Below are positions 13,501-26,072 of a stretch of 64,000 nucleotides of DNA, one piece after another. The stretch's first letter is position 1, and each line of letters starts with the position of its first letter. The notes beneath the pieces are model-generated. The model was not told the origin of the DNA. It ran no database searches and saw only the letters and a program-made list of their open reading frames with translations. Location of the stretch: NCBI GenBank assembly GCA_965178125.1, contig OZ237742.1:992001-1056000 (forward strand), read 5' to 3'. Source of the DNA: Bilabrum cf. latius. Taxonomy: Eukaryota. Both the position numbers and the translations under genes were made by a program.

Positions 13501-16500
13501 CTATGTGCTCGGGATCTGCACGCTGCTGACGGGACGTGCGCAAGAACCCGCTACCAATGAACGTCAACATCAGCCGCATCTGGTGCAGTGTCACCAGTAC
13601 CGGTTGCCAACCGAAGAGGCCGAGCGTCCATCATGAGGCCGGCACTTGATACAACCGCATGAGTCGGAGGCAGACGAACGCCTAAATCATTCACGATGTC
13701 TTTTCGCTGGTACAAGATGTGGTCTTGAATCTCTCGACTGGCTGTGGCCGACGTCTAGATCACCGGGTAAGGCAGCGGCTCTTCAGCCGGCCACCTGGTC
13801 TCGTTGAGGACAGCCAAGTGGGTGTAGTTCACATCCACAATAGATGCTCCGCTGGACAGAGACACGAGTGGCATGCGAACAGTTGCGGTGCTTCCCAAAG
13901 CAGGGTACAGCCCAGACAGGGACTGGCCAGTGGAGCCCACGGACTCTACTTGGTCTCGGTCCAGCGTTCCCGCGCCGACAGCGCCGTCGATCCTACCCCT
14001 GAGCTCAACCAAAGCCGATACAGCATCGGAAGGAAGTCTCGGCCAATTATTTCCGCTTAGGTCGGACTGTATGAAGCTGTGTGCCTCCGACTGCACCTCT
14101 ACCAGAGAGCCCACACCCAGGCCAAGCAGGGCCATGGCGGGGCCACCGACGAATTCCAGCATTTCACCGCCCTCATAGTCAAGGAAATCGTCCTGCTGCT
14201 TCAATGCACCCATTGCAAACGGATCTATTGCATATGTAGTGGCGAGAGGAGGAAGAGACACCCTCCACGAATTGGGTATCGAGAGGACGAAACCAACAGG
14301 GGCCACCAACTGGTTGACCTGCGTGGCGGGCCCGCTGCCGGGGATATTGCGCTACTCCAACTCAGCTGACAGCGAAAGAGCTCTGCTCTATCGCATGCCG
14401 ATCACCGACTCCAGCACCATGGCGGGCGTCTAAACAAGCAATGGGGCTGGGTGCACTGAGTCTCGGGAGGCAAGTCTAGCCAGCACCTGCGTCGGCAGAC
14501 GTCCTGTTCCTGGATCTAAAGAAATAATATTCCGAGCCTCATCAGCCCGCCATTGTGTACCGCTTGACACAGAGGGCGATACCGATCCGCCTATGTGGAC
14601 GGTCGTCTCTCCCAGCGCTGATCGTGCCCACTCGGGGCGCGAAGCTGGCCCAGTCGTCAGGGCGTTCACAGGACTTGCCGTTGGACTACTTTGACCAGCA
14701 GCTCTCGCGGCAATAAGACCCTTGACAGTATTGGATGAATCCGTGGTGCCCACCTTGACCTGCGCAAGATGACGCGCAACAGCACCTGGTATCCCGCTAG
14801 CAGCCCAAGCCGCTCGTTGACCAGGCAGGCAAGACCACTCTGTGACCAGCTTACCGGCTTCCGTCCTAGCTTCCATCCAGCGATGCTGTGGACCAATTAG
14901 GCAGCCAAGCTCTTCGATTGTAGCGTTTGGTCGAAGCATGGGGCCAGCTGCTGCAGGTGCCAGGGACAGTCCGGCTCCATCCACTCGCAGGCTATCTCCA
15001 CCAGCAGCGTTTAGCCTTGTAAGGCCATCCCATGCTGACCCTCTGGAAGCAGCAGTGCTAAGGATTGGAGTCTCCGCGGCGAGACTAGCTTCACTTGCTT
15101 TCCCATACACTGCAGACACGAAGCCTGGAGCACCTCCTATTGCGACCGAAGTGCCGCTGATGGAGGGCCCAAACACCTTCTTAGAGACGGAGTGCAGCCA
15201 CTCTGCCCCTTCCACGGCTCCGAAACGAACTGGTCCCAGCACTGGTGCATCGCCGCGAGGAAGTAGCAGCTAGACATTGGCACTTGCATTCTACCAAACG
15301 GCCAGCCGCCCTCGTGCTGGCAAGCTCATAGGGACATCGGAGTCAACGACTCTACCAGTGCCAATTGCTGCAGCAGCTTGCACTGCTCTGGTGAGGATCA
15401 TGGCATCATTACTTGACTCGAAAGACGCCGATCGGGCAGAGAGCGCCCCATCAAAGCAAGATACAACGCTTGCGGCCGAATTGGCCGGGGTACTAATCTC
15501 TTGACCGTCTGGCCGCGACTAGTCCACCGAGTAGAGAGGCACAAGGGTGCAAACCATAGTTCCTGCCGCATCTAGGAAAGCACTTGCCTCTGCCGGCGAC
15601 AAGAATTCTACCTTGACTCTTTGTGGTCTGCCGATCGGGATAGAGCCTAGGTGCACATAGGCTCCATTGATGCAGTGTACTGGCGTGGCATGCCCCAACA
15701 CTTCACTACTGATTCTGGCTGGATCCACGGGCTTGAGCTTTGGATCGGCAGTAGCAGCAGCTCGCAAGACGGCGCTACACTCAGCACCCCCACTACCACT
15801 GGTCTGCTCTACCGCTACAACCTCGATCGGTACGTCTGCGGCTGAAGCTACGAGAACGTGTCCAGGTCGCACCAGAGCTGACACGTGTGGAGAGCCGACA
15901 TGACTAGTGCTGTCAGGAGCCGCATGGTGCCAATACTATCTCAATGAAGGTACGCCGCTTGACACGTTCACAGACGTGTAGCCGTTTGAGCTGGTCAGCC
16001 TTCCAACCGTAACCTGTCCATTGCGACCATTCATGGCTTGGCCAGAGACCACCATGGGTTGGAACACAGCCGGTGTAGACAAAGTTGCGCGGACTAGCGG
16101 AGCATGCTCGGATGGAACAGATTCAAGCAAGGTCTCAAGCCCAGTTGCTAGTGAGACCAGCTCCTCCCTTGATTCTGAATTCCACGCCGTAAAGCTCCGC
16201 CTCTCCAGATCAAATAGAAGGCGAGTGCCGTTGACCCCTTTGGCTGTACAGCCTGCTGCCGCACCATTGGCTCGCGTCCAAGCCGACAGCGACGCAACGC
16301 TTCGATGGCCAGCCAGAGCAAGAGCACGTTGCATCCCCGGCGACTCTGCTTGCGCGACTAGCAGACCTCCAGGTGATGCACTATCATCCACAACGAGAGA
16401 TTGGCCAGTAGCTGCAAAAGTTCTCATGGACGCAGGCAGTTGACCACCCTGTCCTATCGCCGAGATCATGCGACTAGCTGCAAGAATTACACGGATCGTC

Positions 16501-19500
16501 TACTTCTCATCGAATAGGGTAGATGCTGAATCTGGTGGAGTCAAGCCATGGCATTCTAAAACCAGCAGAGTTGCATTCAACTCTGCAGACACTGACACAA
16601 TGGAGGCAGATGCGCACTGCATGCCAAAGACCGAGACCTGCAGGATGCTGAATGCTTCTACGGCCTGATGTTGGATGTGTATGTCAGGTCGGATGATGAA
16701 AGTCTCCCCATTGAGACTGTCTCGCTTCCGGAAGACCACGGTGATATTGAAGTGAGCCCGTGTGTCCGCTAGAGCTATCGCTGCCTCTGCTGGCGACACG
16801 CCAATGAAGTCATTTCCATTGCTAGACTGCAACCTGATAGCCGACCCGAACGCGCTGTGTGCCGTATACAGAGACATTCCTGGGGCAGGTAGCTCTGCAG
16901 CTTCTGGAAGAGCGTCTCCATGATTCCTTGCAAGCGAAACACTCGACCTAGACGGATCTGATCTAGACACGTGCGAGGCAATCTCGGCTGCAGTCAAGAT
17001 AATCGGAAGCTGCGGATCGCTGTCTCCCTCATCAGCGACCTGAACGTGAGCAAATACATCGATACCTTGCGGATACATCTACCTCCTGGATGGGACTGCT
17101 CCCACAGGAAGTGGCATGGTCCTGGAAATGGCACCAATCGTAATGGCAAATCCGGACGGAGAAGCGCTGTACCTGCGCACCCCCAAGCCTGCTATATGTC
17201 CAAGGACGTACCGGTCGGGGCTTGACGTGGACTTGAAGTCTCTGATCGATCGCACTGCCTTCTACAGCTGTAGAGAGACGTTCCTAAGCGTACCCATGGA
17301 TTGCACGCCAATCATGGTTGCTTGCTGTGCGTCACCACCGAGGCGTAGATGCACTGCGTGAATGACGCCCTGGGTACCACTCTTCATACCAATGACGGCG
17401 CCATCTGGGTTCGGCAGTACGTCCTAGCTAGCAGCTGCCACAGCCAGCGTGAAACCTCCATCACCAGCAGTATCACCGACAAATGCAAGGGATGAGCCAA
17501 ATGAGGACCCAATAGTTGTACGTCCAGTACATTCGACTTCATGAGCGACCATAACAACATGATCTAGCGGCCAGCTCGGCACCTCTCCCTCTATCACGCC
17601 CACAGGCTCAACGAAGACCTCATCATATCGCACGTCCGTGCGGAATGTGACGTTCGTGCTCCGAATGGGACTCTCGACTGGCTGTCCAATGTGCAAGAGC
17701 GGAGCGTCGGGGTCTGCCACCCGCGGGCGCGGATCCACAGTCATTCCTACTCGAGGCAGGATTGCTCTACCTCTCTTCTCGCTGTCTAGCTCGATGCGGA
17801 TGGGAACTCCCCCGCACTGCCCAGCTGGTACCGCGCCAGTCTTGCCCAGCAACCCTGTGGCATCTGGAATCGCGTGGTCTTTTGCCACGTCAGGTGCCCA
17901 CTCTGGAATATGCAGTCCTAACGTCTCACTAGATATGCAGAACGCTGGCATGTATCCGCAGTGTAGTTGCGGAGCCACGCCGATGAGTCGCCAATCGACC
18001 ACCCTTGGCACAGCACCCATAATCGTCCCCGGTGACGCGCGGCTGTACATCATGGCTGGATCCAGTTTGCCATCCTCTGCCATGGGTACGTCTTCGACTG
18101 CCTGGCTATCGAGCCAGACTAAAAGCACGGCTCCTTCGCGCTGCTGGCCCGCCCCTGGGGCACCTGCCGCAATGGCGTGCCCGATGAAATGACCATGGGC
18201 TTGCCCGGCTCTTGCAAATCTACGCCTCGATGCGCTTGCAAGACCTGGTTGCGTGCACTTGCGCTTTATTTCGTCTAATGCAAGGGTAGATGTGCTTTGA
18301 TTGCCAAACGGCAGCAAGCGAAGCACCGCGGCGCAAGTCGATGGTGGCGGGTGCACTGCTGCACCACTCTTGTCTGAGCCAGGCAACGGTACAGCTCCAA
18401 GGGAGAGCAGTGATGCCCCCAGGGCAGATCCAGGAGGAAGGACCGTCTGCATCGCGTAATTGAGTCCGGTCAACCCCGATTGCGTCGCGTCAGCAAGTGA
18501 AGTAGCTGTCCCACCGCTCGCATTCCGGGCATGGTCACGCGTTCCTGGTGCAACTAGAACCACAGGGCCACCTGCCGATACCACATACCTGGCCTGCAGA
18601 TCGGCAGCTGAAATCAGAGACGGTACACCATCAGCCTAGCTCGAAATCTATGACGCATCAACCTGAATCTCGTTGCCTCGGGCATCCAGCACGATGGGCC
18701 GGTCCAACAGGTCCACAGCAAAGTCAACCATGGCAATCGCACCAATCCTACCAGTGGCAGCCCAGGCCCGTGGTGCACCCACTATGACCCTTTGGGAGTA
18801 CACCCGCACAGGTGGCGGTCGCACCAGCGAGACAATCTGCCCTTTAGCAAGTTGGCGCACCTCAGTAGAGCGCCCCCCGGAAGATCTGCGGCTGTTCGGT
18901 GAGCCGTCGCTCAGTGGAGCCCTATCAAAGCCCGATAGCGAGGGAGGCAACTGTACTGCTGCCGCCCCGAAGAAGTCACCCAGGCTCCAGCCATTGTACT
19001 GTGAAGACCTGCGGCCCTGGTCCCTCGTCTCGAAGGCTGGGTGGCCCAACTGATCACTGGATGCTGCGGTGGTGGAGACATCCATGACTGGCAGAGCCAT
19101 AATGTTCCCGTTTGGCAAGGCGATTGGTCCGTCTGGGATAACGAACGCCTCAAGAGCTTGCTAGGATGCAAAAGCGGATTCATCTGGCACCGCAGTCATC
19201 CGCAAGCATCCTGGCGATCGAATAGCCCGTCCGGCCCACTCGCTCTCGGGTATCCCGACCTTGAGTCTATCGGTTCCACCATTAGCGGCATAATTTCCTT
19301 CATGACGCCCTTTGAATCCGGTGGCGGATGGCTCACAGCCTACGCCAGTCGGGCTCATTTCTAGGTGCACGGTCCAGTCGACGACAGGTGCCGGTGCTGC
19401 AGGCGACACTGGCTCTGTGCCCGACTCCGGCAACGGGGCATTGAAGCCGCCAATCTCCTCCAGCTGACCAAAAGCCGTTCGTGCCTGTTCAGGCCGGGGC

Positions 19501-22500
19501 TCAACTAGCTGCAGCTCAGGAATATACCCGACTGACTTGTTGGAGAGCACAGCACCCGAGGCAGGAGAGGTTTGCTTCATCAAGCTCAAACTGGCACTCG
19601 AAACTGCATGCCCGAAACAGCCAGGCGATTCGGTACGGACATTGCGTCGCCCATGCCTTACAAAGGCCACAGCACCGGCAATCGTGACATCATTTGAGGA
19701 ATTCGTCAAACGAGCACGCAGGGCACCCGATTCAGGATCCAAAGCACCGGTAGAGCAGACAAAAGAGGCAGCAAATAACTCAGTGCCAGGGGCGGGTGGG
19801 TCATCGATGCCAAAGTCAGACAAACTCCAACTCTAGTTCTGAAGGTAGCTCTGAGCCTCACCCCAGCCGGCTACTGTGCACCCATCAATTTCGAAGGGCT
19901 CCGATACGTGTTGTTCCGCATCCGCGGCAAAAAATACTGCCTTTATCGCTGAGACAGTCCGCATCGACCACTTCGCTGCACTGGCTTCCCAATTGCGAAC
20001 AAACAATTCTAAGATACCCGCAGAATATGCAGAAATCTCCAAAATTGTCGATTCATTGCTTGACGCCACACTAATCTCCAAGGACTCTGCCAACCACTGT
20101 CCATGGCAGAGCTGCTCTATCGAGGTCGTCCTCGGTGGTACTGTAGCGGACACGCAGTCTGTGCCAGCCAGCTCAGCGGAGTGATAGTCGGAGAACCAGC
20201 TAGTCTGACTGGGTGCTACGGTGCTGGCAATCGATGTCCTGTTTATGGCGCTTTGCAGGTCCCATACGACGCGCTGGATACGGGGCTGCAGCCCGTTTGC
20301 CGGCATCAGCGTGCAAGCACCAGACGAGCTAGATAAGTATGTTGAAGTTGAGAGACTTTGATCTACTAGGTTGCTTGCACAAGTGCCAGCTTGCATGGGT
20401 ATCCTTGACCATCTAGGAACCACTGCCTCCTGTCCGCGCCGTGGAGCGATTCTTGTCCAAATGCCATGGTCGCGAGATACAGCGTCTACACCAGATGAGA
20501 GCGAGTACTCTGGAGCTCCCTCACTTTCATCGGTGCATTTCCAGCTAACAGGCTCTCTTATTTGCACGCGGACCTATGTGTCACGCTTGGAAAGCGAGAG
20601 CCGCGGGCCAAAAATTCCTGCTAGGCCTGCTGCTCCGCCCAGGCTCCGTCCCAGCCGGCCATCTGCGGCAAGCAGGTGCCCCGTCGAAACGAGCAGCATC
20701 GATGCATTCATGCCGATGGATCTCCCATCGGGCAATTTTCCTGGTGCTGAAGTCTGCATCACAACGGATTGAGGCGTGCCTATATGTTGCAGCGCACTTC
20801 GTTGCTCGATCTACTCTGCTTGCAGCATTCGCCTTTCGTTGTCACCACCAGTTCTTGTCAGACTATTCAATTCGCATGGGGCACAAAGAGGGGAAGCTTT
20901 GCGCTGTTTGATGTCATCGCAAGCTCTGTGAATCGCACGCAATAGGTGCACCTCGGTTCTCGCAGGACTTGCTGAAGCCAGTTGGGACGGGATGTCTGGC
21001 CAACAGCCTGCGTTGCCAGGGAAGTGCAACTGCTGGCTGTCCCACAACTGGAGTCTGGCACAACCATATGTCGTCTAGTTATCGTATAGTCGAAAGATGC
21101 CATCGTGTGGGGATCCCATGGACGGGTTTGCAGCGGTGCGGCCTACTAGTTGAACATCTACTCGTTCAATTGTCAGTCTGTCGACCGAGCTGGTGCCGGT
21201 ACCATCCAAAGCCTAGTCTCCGTGCTACCACGGTAAATGCACTACAGACCTTGCCAATGAGGTATCTACCCGGTTGTTTCCAGGGTGCTACCTTGCTTCG
21301 GCCCGAGGTGCAAGAGCTCCTCTAGATCCGGCACGTTCCTACAACTCGGGAGCGAGAGGATCCTGCAAGTCACTAGTCGCACTTGGAAACAGCGATAGCC
21401 GCCTAGGCTAAGTCTTGCTATTGCTTTCTCTCAGACTTGGTGAGGAAACGCGCTACTTCGACGCCAGCAAGTCCCAGACGTGAGGCGGCAGGCCGCCACG
21501 CGTACCTACACCCAGAACTGGCAACGCATACCCGGTACTGTCACCCTACACAGGCTCCAGGGAATCGACCAAATGCTCCACAACACTCCATACTACGCTT
21601 CCGTTTGGTTGATCAGTTCCAACGGTGAAGTGGTGGTTAGAATGATTCCCAGGTTGAAGGGTATTCTTCGCCCTGCGCAGCCTCTGAACCATGGCCTCTG
21701 CTCTGCGAAGCAGGCCGTTTACATCAACGTTTCCTGCCGAGAGTAGCGGTTGTACCCCCTTGCGCAAGTCGGTCTCACTGGCGAACATTGGAACTGCGCA
21801 GAACCCAGCAGCAGTCTCGGATGTGCGGTTGGTGCTCTTGCGCCACTCGAGCATAGGACCGTTTGGAGCATCCTGACGGTGCTGAATCGTGTATCGTATG
21901 CTGGTCTGTATCTTAGACAACTCGCTACCATGATCTCCGCCTTTCCAAAGCTGGAGCAAGGGGGCGGGATACTTGTCATTTTCCAACCCGCCTCCCTGCG
22001 GCATCCAGTCATCCAACCGGCGAAACGGCTGGACTTGTGTGGATTGACTGCGCTCGCTGGCAATCCCAAGGACAACACGATCAGATCCAGCACCATGGGC
22101 TAGCTCAGCAAGCATATGCGCCCCAGCAAGTGTACGAGGGGCTGCTGGGGTACCATAGCCAGCAAGATCAGCCGCTGTCCCATTCTAAGGCCCGACACAA
22201 GCTGCTAGCACCCTCGCTTCTGAATCATGAACGTGGTTAAGGCACATGGTAGGGTCTTCAATCCACACGTGCTGCCCCTGCGGCGCGTCCGCTGCTCCCG
22301 ATTCCTTGTATTCGGAGCAATGCGTGGGAGGAGTTTCGGGGATCCTGTGCATGACGGCCGTGGCAGCCAGCAGCAGGTTGGGCCTCTCGAGCGTAGTGGT
22401 GGCGTGGATGCTCCTGTTGGCCGGCTCTGGCCCATGCAACATCACGTGGGCACCAAACCCACGGACAATGTTCGAACCCCATGGGATTGCGTAAGGCACG

Positions 22501-23885
22501 TTAGCATCTGCAGAGGCCGGCCCCTCTGGTCCTTCGGTCTCGACTATGCGCGGGGGCAAGGGCTTTTCGCTGACAGAGAGGAGTGCTCCAGGGACTTGGC
22601 TGTATGAAAATGAAGGCGCGCGCACTACTGCATGCGACGCCACCGCGAAGTCCATCCAGCTGTCCAAAACGCCGCTCCTAACTGGTTCTCCTGGCACCCG
22701 AGTCCTGGCTCTTGCCACCAGGGTGGCTAGCACAATCGCGCCCTCTCCCATGTACAGACCAGGCGCACCGATAGCAAGAACTAGGGTAGTGGAACCCGCA
22801 TTACCCACTGTGGACTTGGTATGGGCTGTCCAAGTGCCTGTGGAGGCTGGGCCTCTACTACGCTCCGCAGGCAGACCTCCGACCACTGTGCGCTCCAGCA
22901 GCACCACTGATGCGCCGAGGGCTCCTCCGTCCTGGGATAGAGCTGCTGGCATTCCGCCCCTCCCCCCGATTTCGAGCCGCCAGAAGCCCTGGAGCTGACC
23001 GTGAGGTGAGCTCCCATTGGCGGGCAGGCACTGCGACATTGGCTTGCTGCTGCAGTGGCCCCCCGCTGATTTCGCGCGATCTGGCGACTACTCGGGCGCC
23101 ACGGTACCACTCCCTTGGCCAGATCCAATAGCTACAATTGCTACTGCCCCAGCACCATGCCCCCGTCCCGCGCGCCACGCTGTCGAGCGGGAAGGGTTCG
23201 ACTGGTCAGCCGCAGCTGCTGCCCCTGGCAGACCCAGCGCGAGGAGCTGACCGGGAGGAAGCGCTTTGGGCCGAGAAATACGACCTACAGAGATGTCTTC
23301 CGAGCTCCCAAGCCACGCCATGGCGGCACCCAGTCTGTCGCCGTGCCGCAGGTCCCCAGGGGCGAGACCGCAGTCACCACTAGTGATCATGCCGTGTATA
23401 AATATTCGAGCTAAGTTAACACCAGAGGGACCTGACTATATTCCCAGCAGATAAACTCCACCTGCCCGCCCAGGCAACTGCTAGCGATTTAAATGAGACG
23501 GCATTGCGGATGCCGTGGGCAGCTCCGGTACACCGATGGCAAGGATTGAAGTGTGCGAATCGAGCCTGGGTAAGCCGAGTCCACAGCAGGATCCAGCTGA
23601 TGATATTATTCCAGCATATATAATGGTACTGATCGGCGGGCGACCCAGCTTACTCGATGCATCAAGGTGTCTGCAGAACCGAAAGTCGAGCGACCTTGCC
23701 ACGTGCTTATCGCACAGATCCCGCATAAGGCTCGCTGTTTCGGTCTGCTGGGACCTTGCAGCTGAAACACCTAGCTTTAATCTACTGTACGTAGATTCCT
23801 TAAGCAAATCGCTGTCGTGAGCTGAAGCAGGCAGCCGTTGGAACGAAGCGCATAGAACTAGAACGCTTAGACGTGCAAGCCACAT
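1593..23885 (-). CDS. Giant (~7,430 aa) single-exon signal-peptide, multi-pass membrane protein with FG-GAP/integrin-alpha-like motifs, IPT/TIG-like repeats, S/P/T linker, Cys-rich module and C-terminal TM domain (protist GPCR-related/TRP-like type)
   Basis: 38 minus-strand track ORFs share one frame; each ends in TAG except the last (TGA at 1593). The gaps I translated contain no TAA/TGA. Signal peptide MWLARLSVLVLCAS; motifs FGSSLAFVGD..GDG, LAIGAPG, PRVLNVVP..AGPGETISIRGEGFG, CASGHTGVMCQQCEDGF, KILFTHLQ, YWEAVNLLRK. Confidence 0.85.
1730..2240 (-). repeat. Imperfect internal duplication (~330 nt spacing) in the charged C-terminal tail of the giant protein
   Basis: RSESRTSDAGTG...RGKG...VFEAESEKARKEKQAFEEHKRKAERRK versus RSESRASGAGTG...RGKG...VFETESEKARKEKEAFEEHKRKAEQRK. 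Confidence 0.8.
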
Positions 23886-25643
23886 ATGGGACTTTCCGGC
23901 CCGTCTCTGCCGCTAAATGTTGTACATATCACTATTTTATTTGCAATGGCGCGGAAATTGATAGATCGCACCTGTTTGCTTCGCAAATGAAGACGAAAAG
24001 ATGTGTTTTATCACCCAAATCCGTGTCTGCAGCGAGAAGCAGCGAATCCATCGAAAAACGGGATTTGGGACAGCTTAAAGTACACTCTACAATGCAACCG
24101 ATAATCCGGAGGGGGCCTTTGGCCTGAAAGGGTCGGGGGTCTTGTAGTCCTTTGTTTTTAGGGCTCCTCTGGATCTAGGTGATCACCCAAACCCCCTCGG
24201 GGGCGACGGTGCATCTGGGTGTTTATGGAATCTTTACCCAGCAATCCGTCGAATGTAACGGAACAATACACAATTTACTGGTTTTTGCCGGTTCCGGATC
24301 AGCAATTTGCGCGGCGCCCAGATAATTCGGAGAAGAAATCATGATGCAATTCGATTCAGCGCGCTCTTGCGAGTCTGCTGGTGCGCCTTTCAACTCCATA
24401 CGATGAGATTAAGTCTGTTAACATGCCATTCAAAGAATTGGCCTCTAGCAGGGAGCTGCAGCTTTGCGCGGCGCCAAAACTGTGTGATTAGTGTCGCACG
24501 ACACCCCGACACTGCCCGCATACCCCTTTCTAGTCTACAAAATAGACCTAAAAATATACCTGTATGATAATGATGCTAAATTATACGCTGCTGTGCAGAC
24601 GAATGTCTGAATAAGATTCATTTGGACACGACAGGGTCCACGGTCATCCCTCTGGCAGCCGCAACAAACTTGCTTCGATTGGCCCTCTGAGATACTGAAT
24701 TTGATTACACTCCTCATAATTCTGAGCAAATTGATGACTTTATTCAAATAACGCGCTCATATTCTGCTGTGCGGTTCATGAGTAGGGTGTTTCCCGTGAG
24801 GATGACTGAACCAGGCCGCAGAGTTAGCTATTGCACATTTACCTCACCAATCTGCAGCTTACCGCGAATTGAGACCAACCACTACATTTTTTGTATTGAT
24901 CGTATTCAGAAAATCGAACAGGAGGCTACTATGGCCATCATTAGGACACGAGCAGCACCAGCAGCTGTGCGGGTGGCCAGATCCAGAAGACCTGAAGTAC
25001 GCCATGCTATTCTACACCATTGGGACTGAAAATCCGTACACTGCCTTTTATTAGGTATATTAATACCATGATTAGTCTCAAACTAGTACTGGCCTCATAG
25101 ATTTGACACAATTGTGTTCTGAATGGTACCAAACCACTGGAAACAGCCACAACTTGCGAAATTGTAGGACCTGTACAAATACAGTACCATACACAAACAA
25201 ATCGTATGTATAAATAAACTATAAGTGTATCAGGACAGTGGTGAATTGGATTCTGCCCAAAATGAATCGAGATCTGACGTCAAATGAGACCATCCTCGGT
25301 TCTAATGGACTCTCTGTGACATACTGGAGCGGTGATTTGTTTTAAATACCTATTTGATCTGTAATGAAGTCGACCAATAGCGCATTCTATTCGTCGAAAT
25401 GATTGCACAATAGGGATGCAGCGTGGACTGTGGTTTCAGTGGCATTTGGATCAGCGTGCTGCTCCTCTCGTTAGCCTTACGGTGGTTGTATGGTAATTCA
25501 CTAATTACACAATGAAAAAACCTCATTACATGGAAGATACGCTATTGATGTCGCGTGATAATCGACGAGTTGTATTGTGTCGGGGATCGTTGCGGTCAAG
25601 AATTGGTGTGATGAATGTGTCGGGGTAAGTTACAACCGACGGA

Positions 25644-25672
25644 TGTATTTCTGTATTTCTGTATTTCTGTAT
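25644..25672. repeat. Short tandem repeat (TGTATTTC) x ~3.5
   Basis: tgtatttctgtatttctgtatttctgtat read directly. Confidence 0.8.
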
Positions 25673-26072
25673 CCGGATTCCTGAATCTGGTTTCTTTACC
25701 TTACAAATTATTCCTGAGCCAGCTTCTTTTTTCGCCTTTTGCAGCCCCCTACCCCCCGAACTATTATATCATGCTGCCAGTGGGCAAATGATGAGGTACC
25801 CTCTTGCGACGGTTTCACGTATATTGTGACGCACTGACTTCTGAAAGTCACAATATGACCTGCCAATCAGCTTCTGCCACCCCACTCACCTTGTCCATCT
25901 TACCTCCTTATCCTCTACACAAGTCTTGTCGACTCGCCCAAGTACTGCATCCAGCGGGTGACCTCAGCCATAGAGGTGCAAGCCTCTCACGCACGGAGAG
26001 CCGTAGTCCAGCTGGGGTTCGGCTGCCATCTTGGACTCGATTCAAGTTGCCATCAGAGACTAGCATAGCCTT

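Noticed and set aside
24120-24300. Possible tRNA (a CTA-anticodon tRNA was specifically sought)
   Set aside because: Only a small GC hairpin is present; I could not see a cloverleaf or A/B boxes here or elsewhere by eye.
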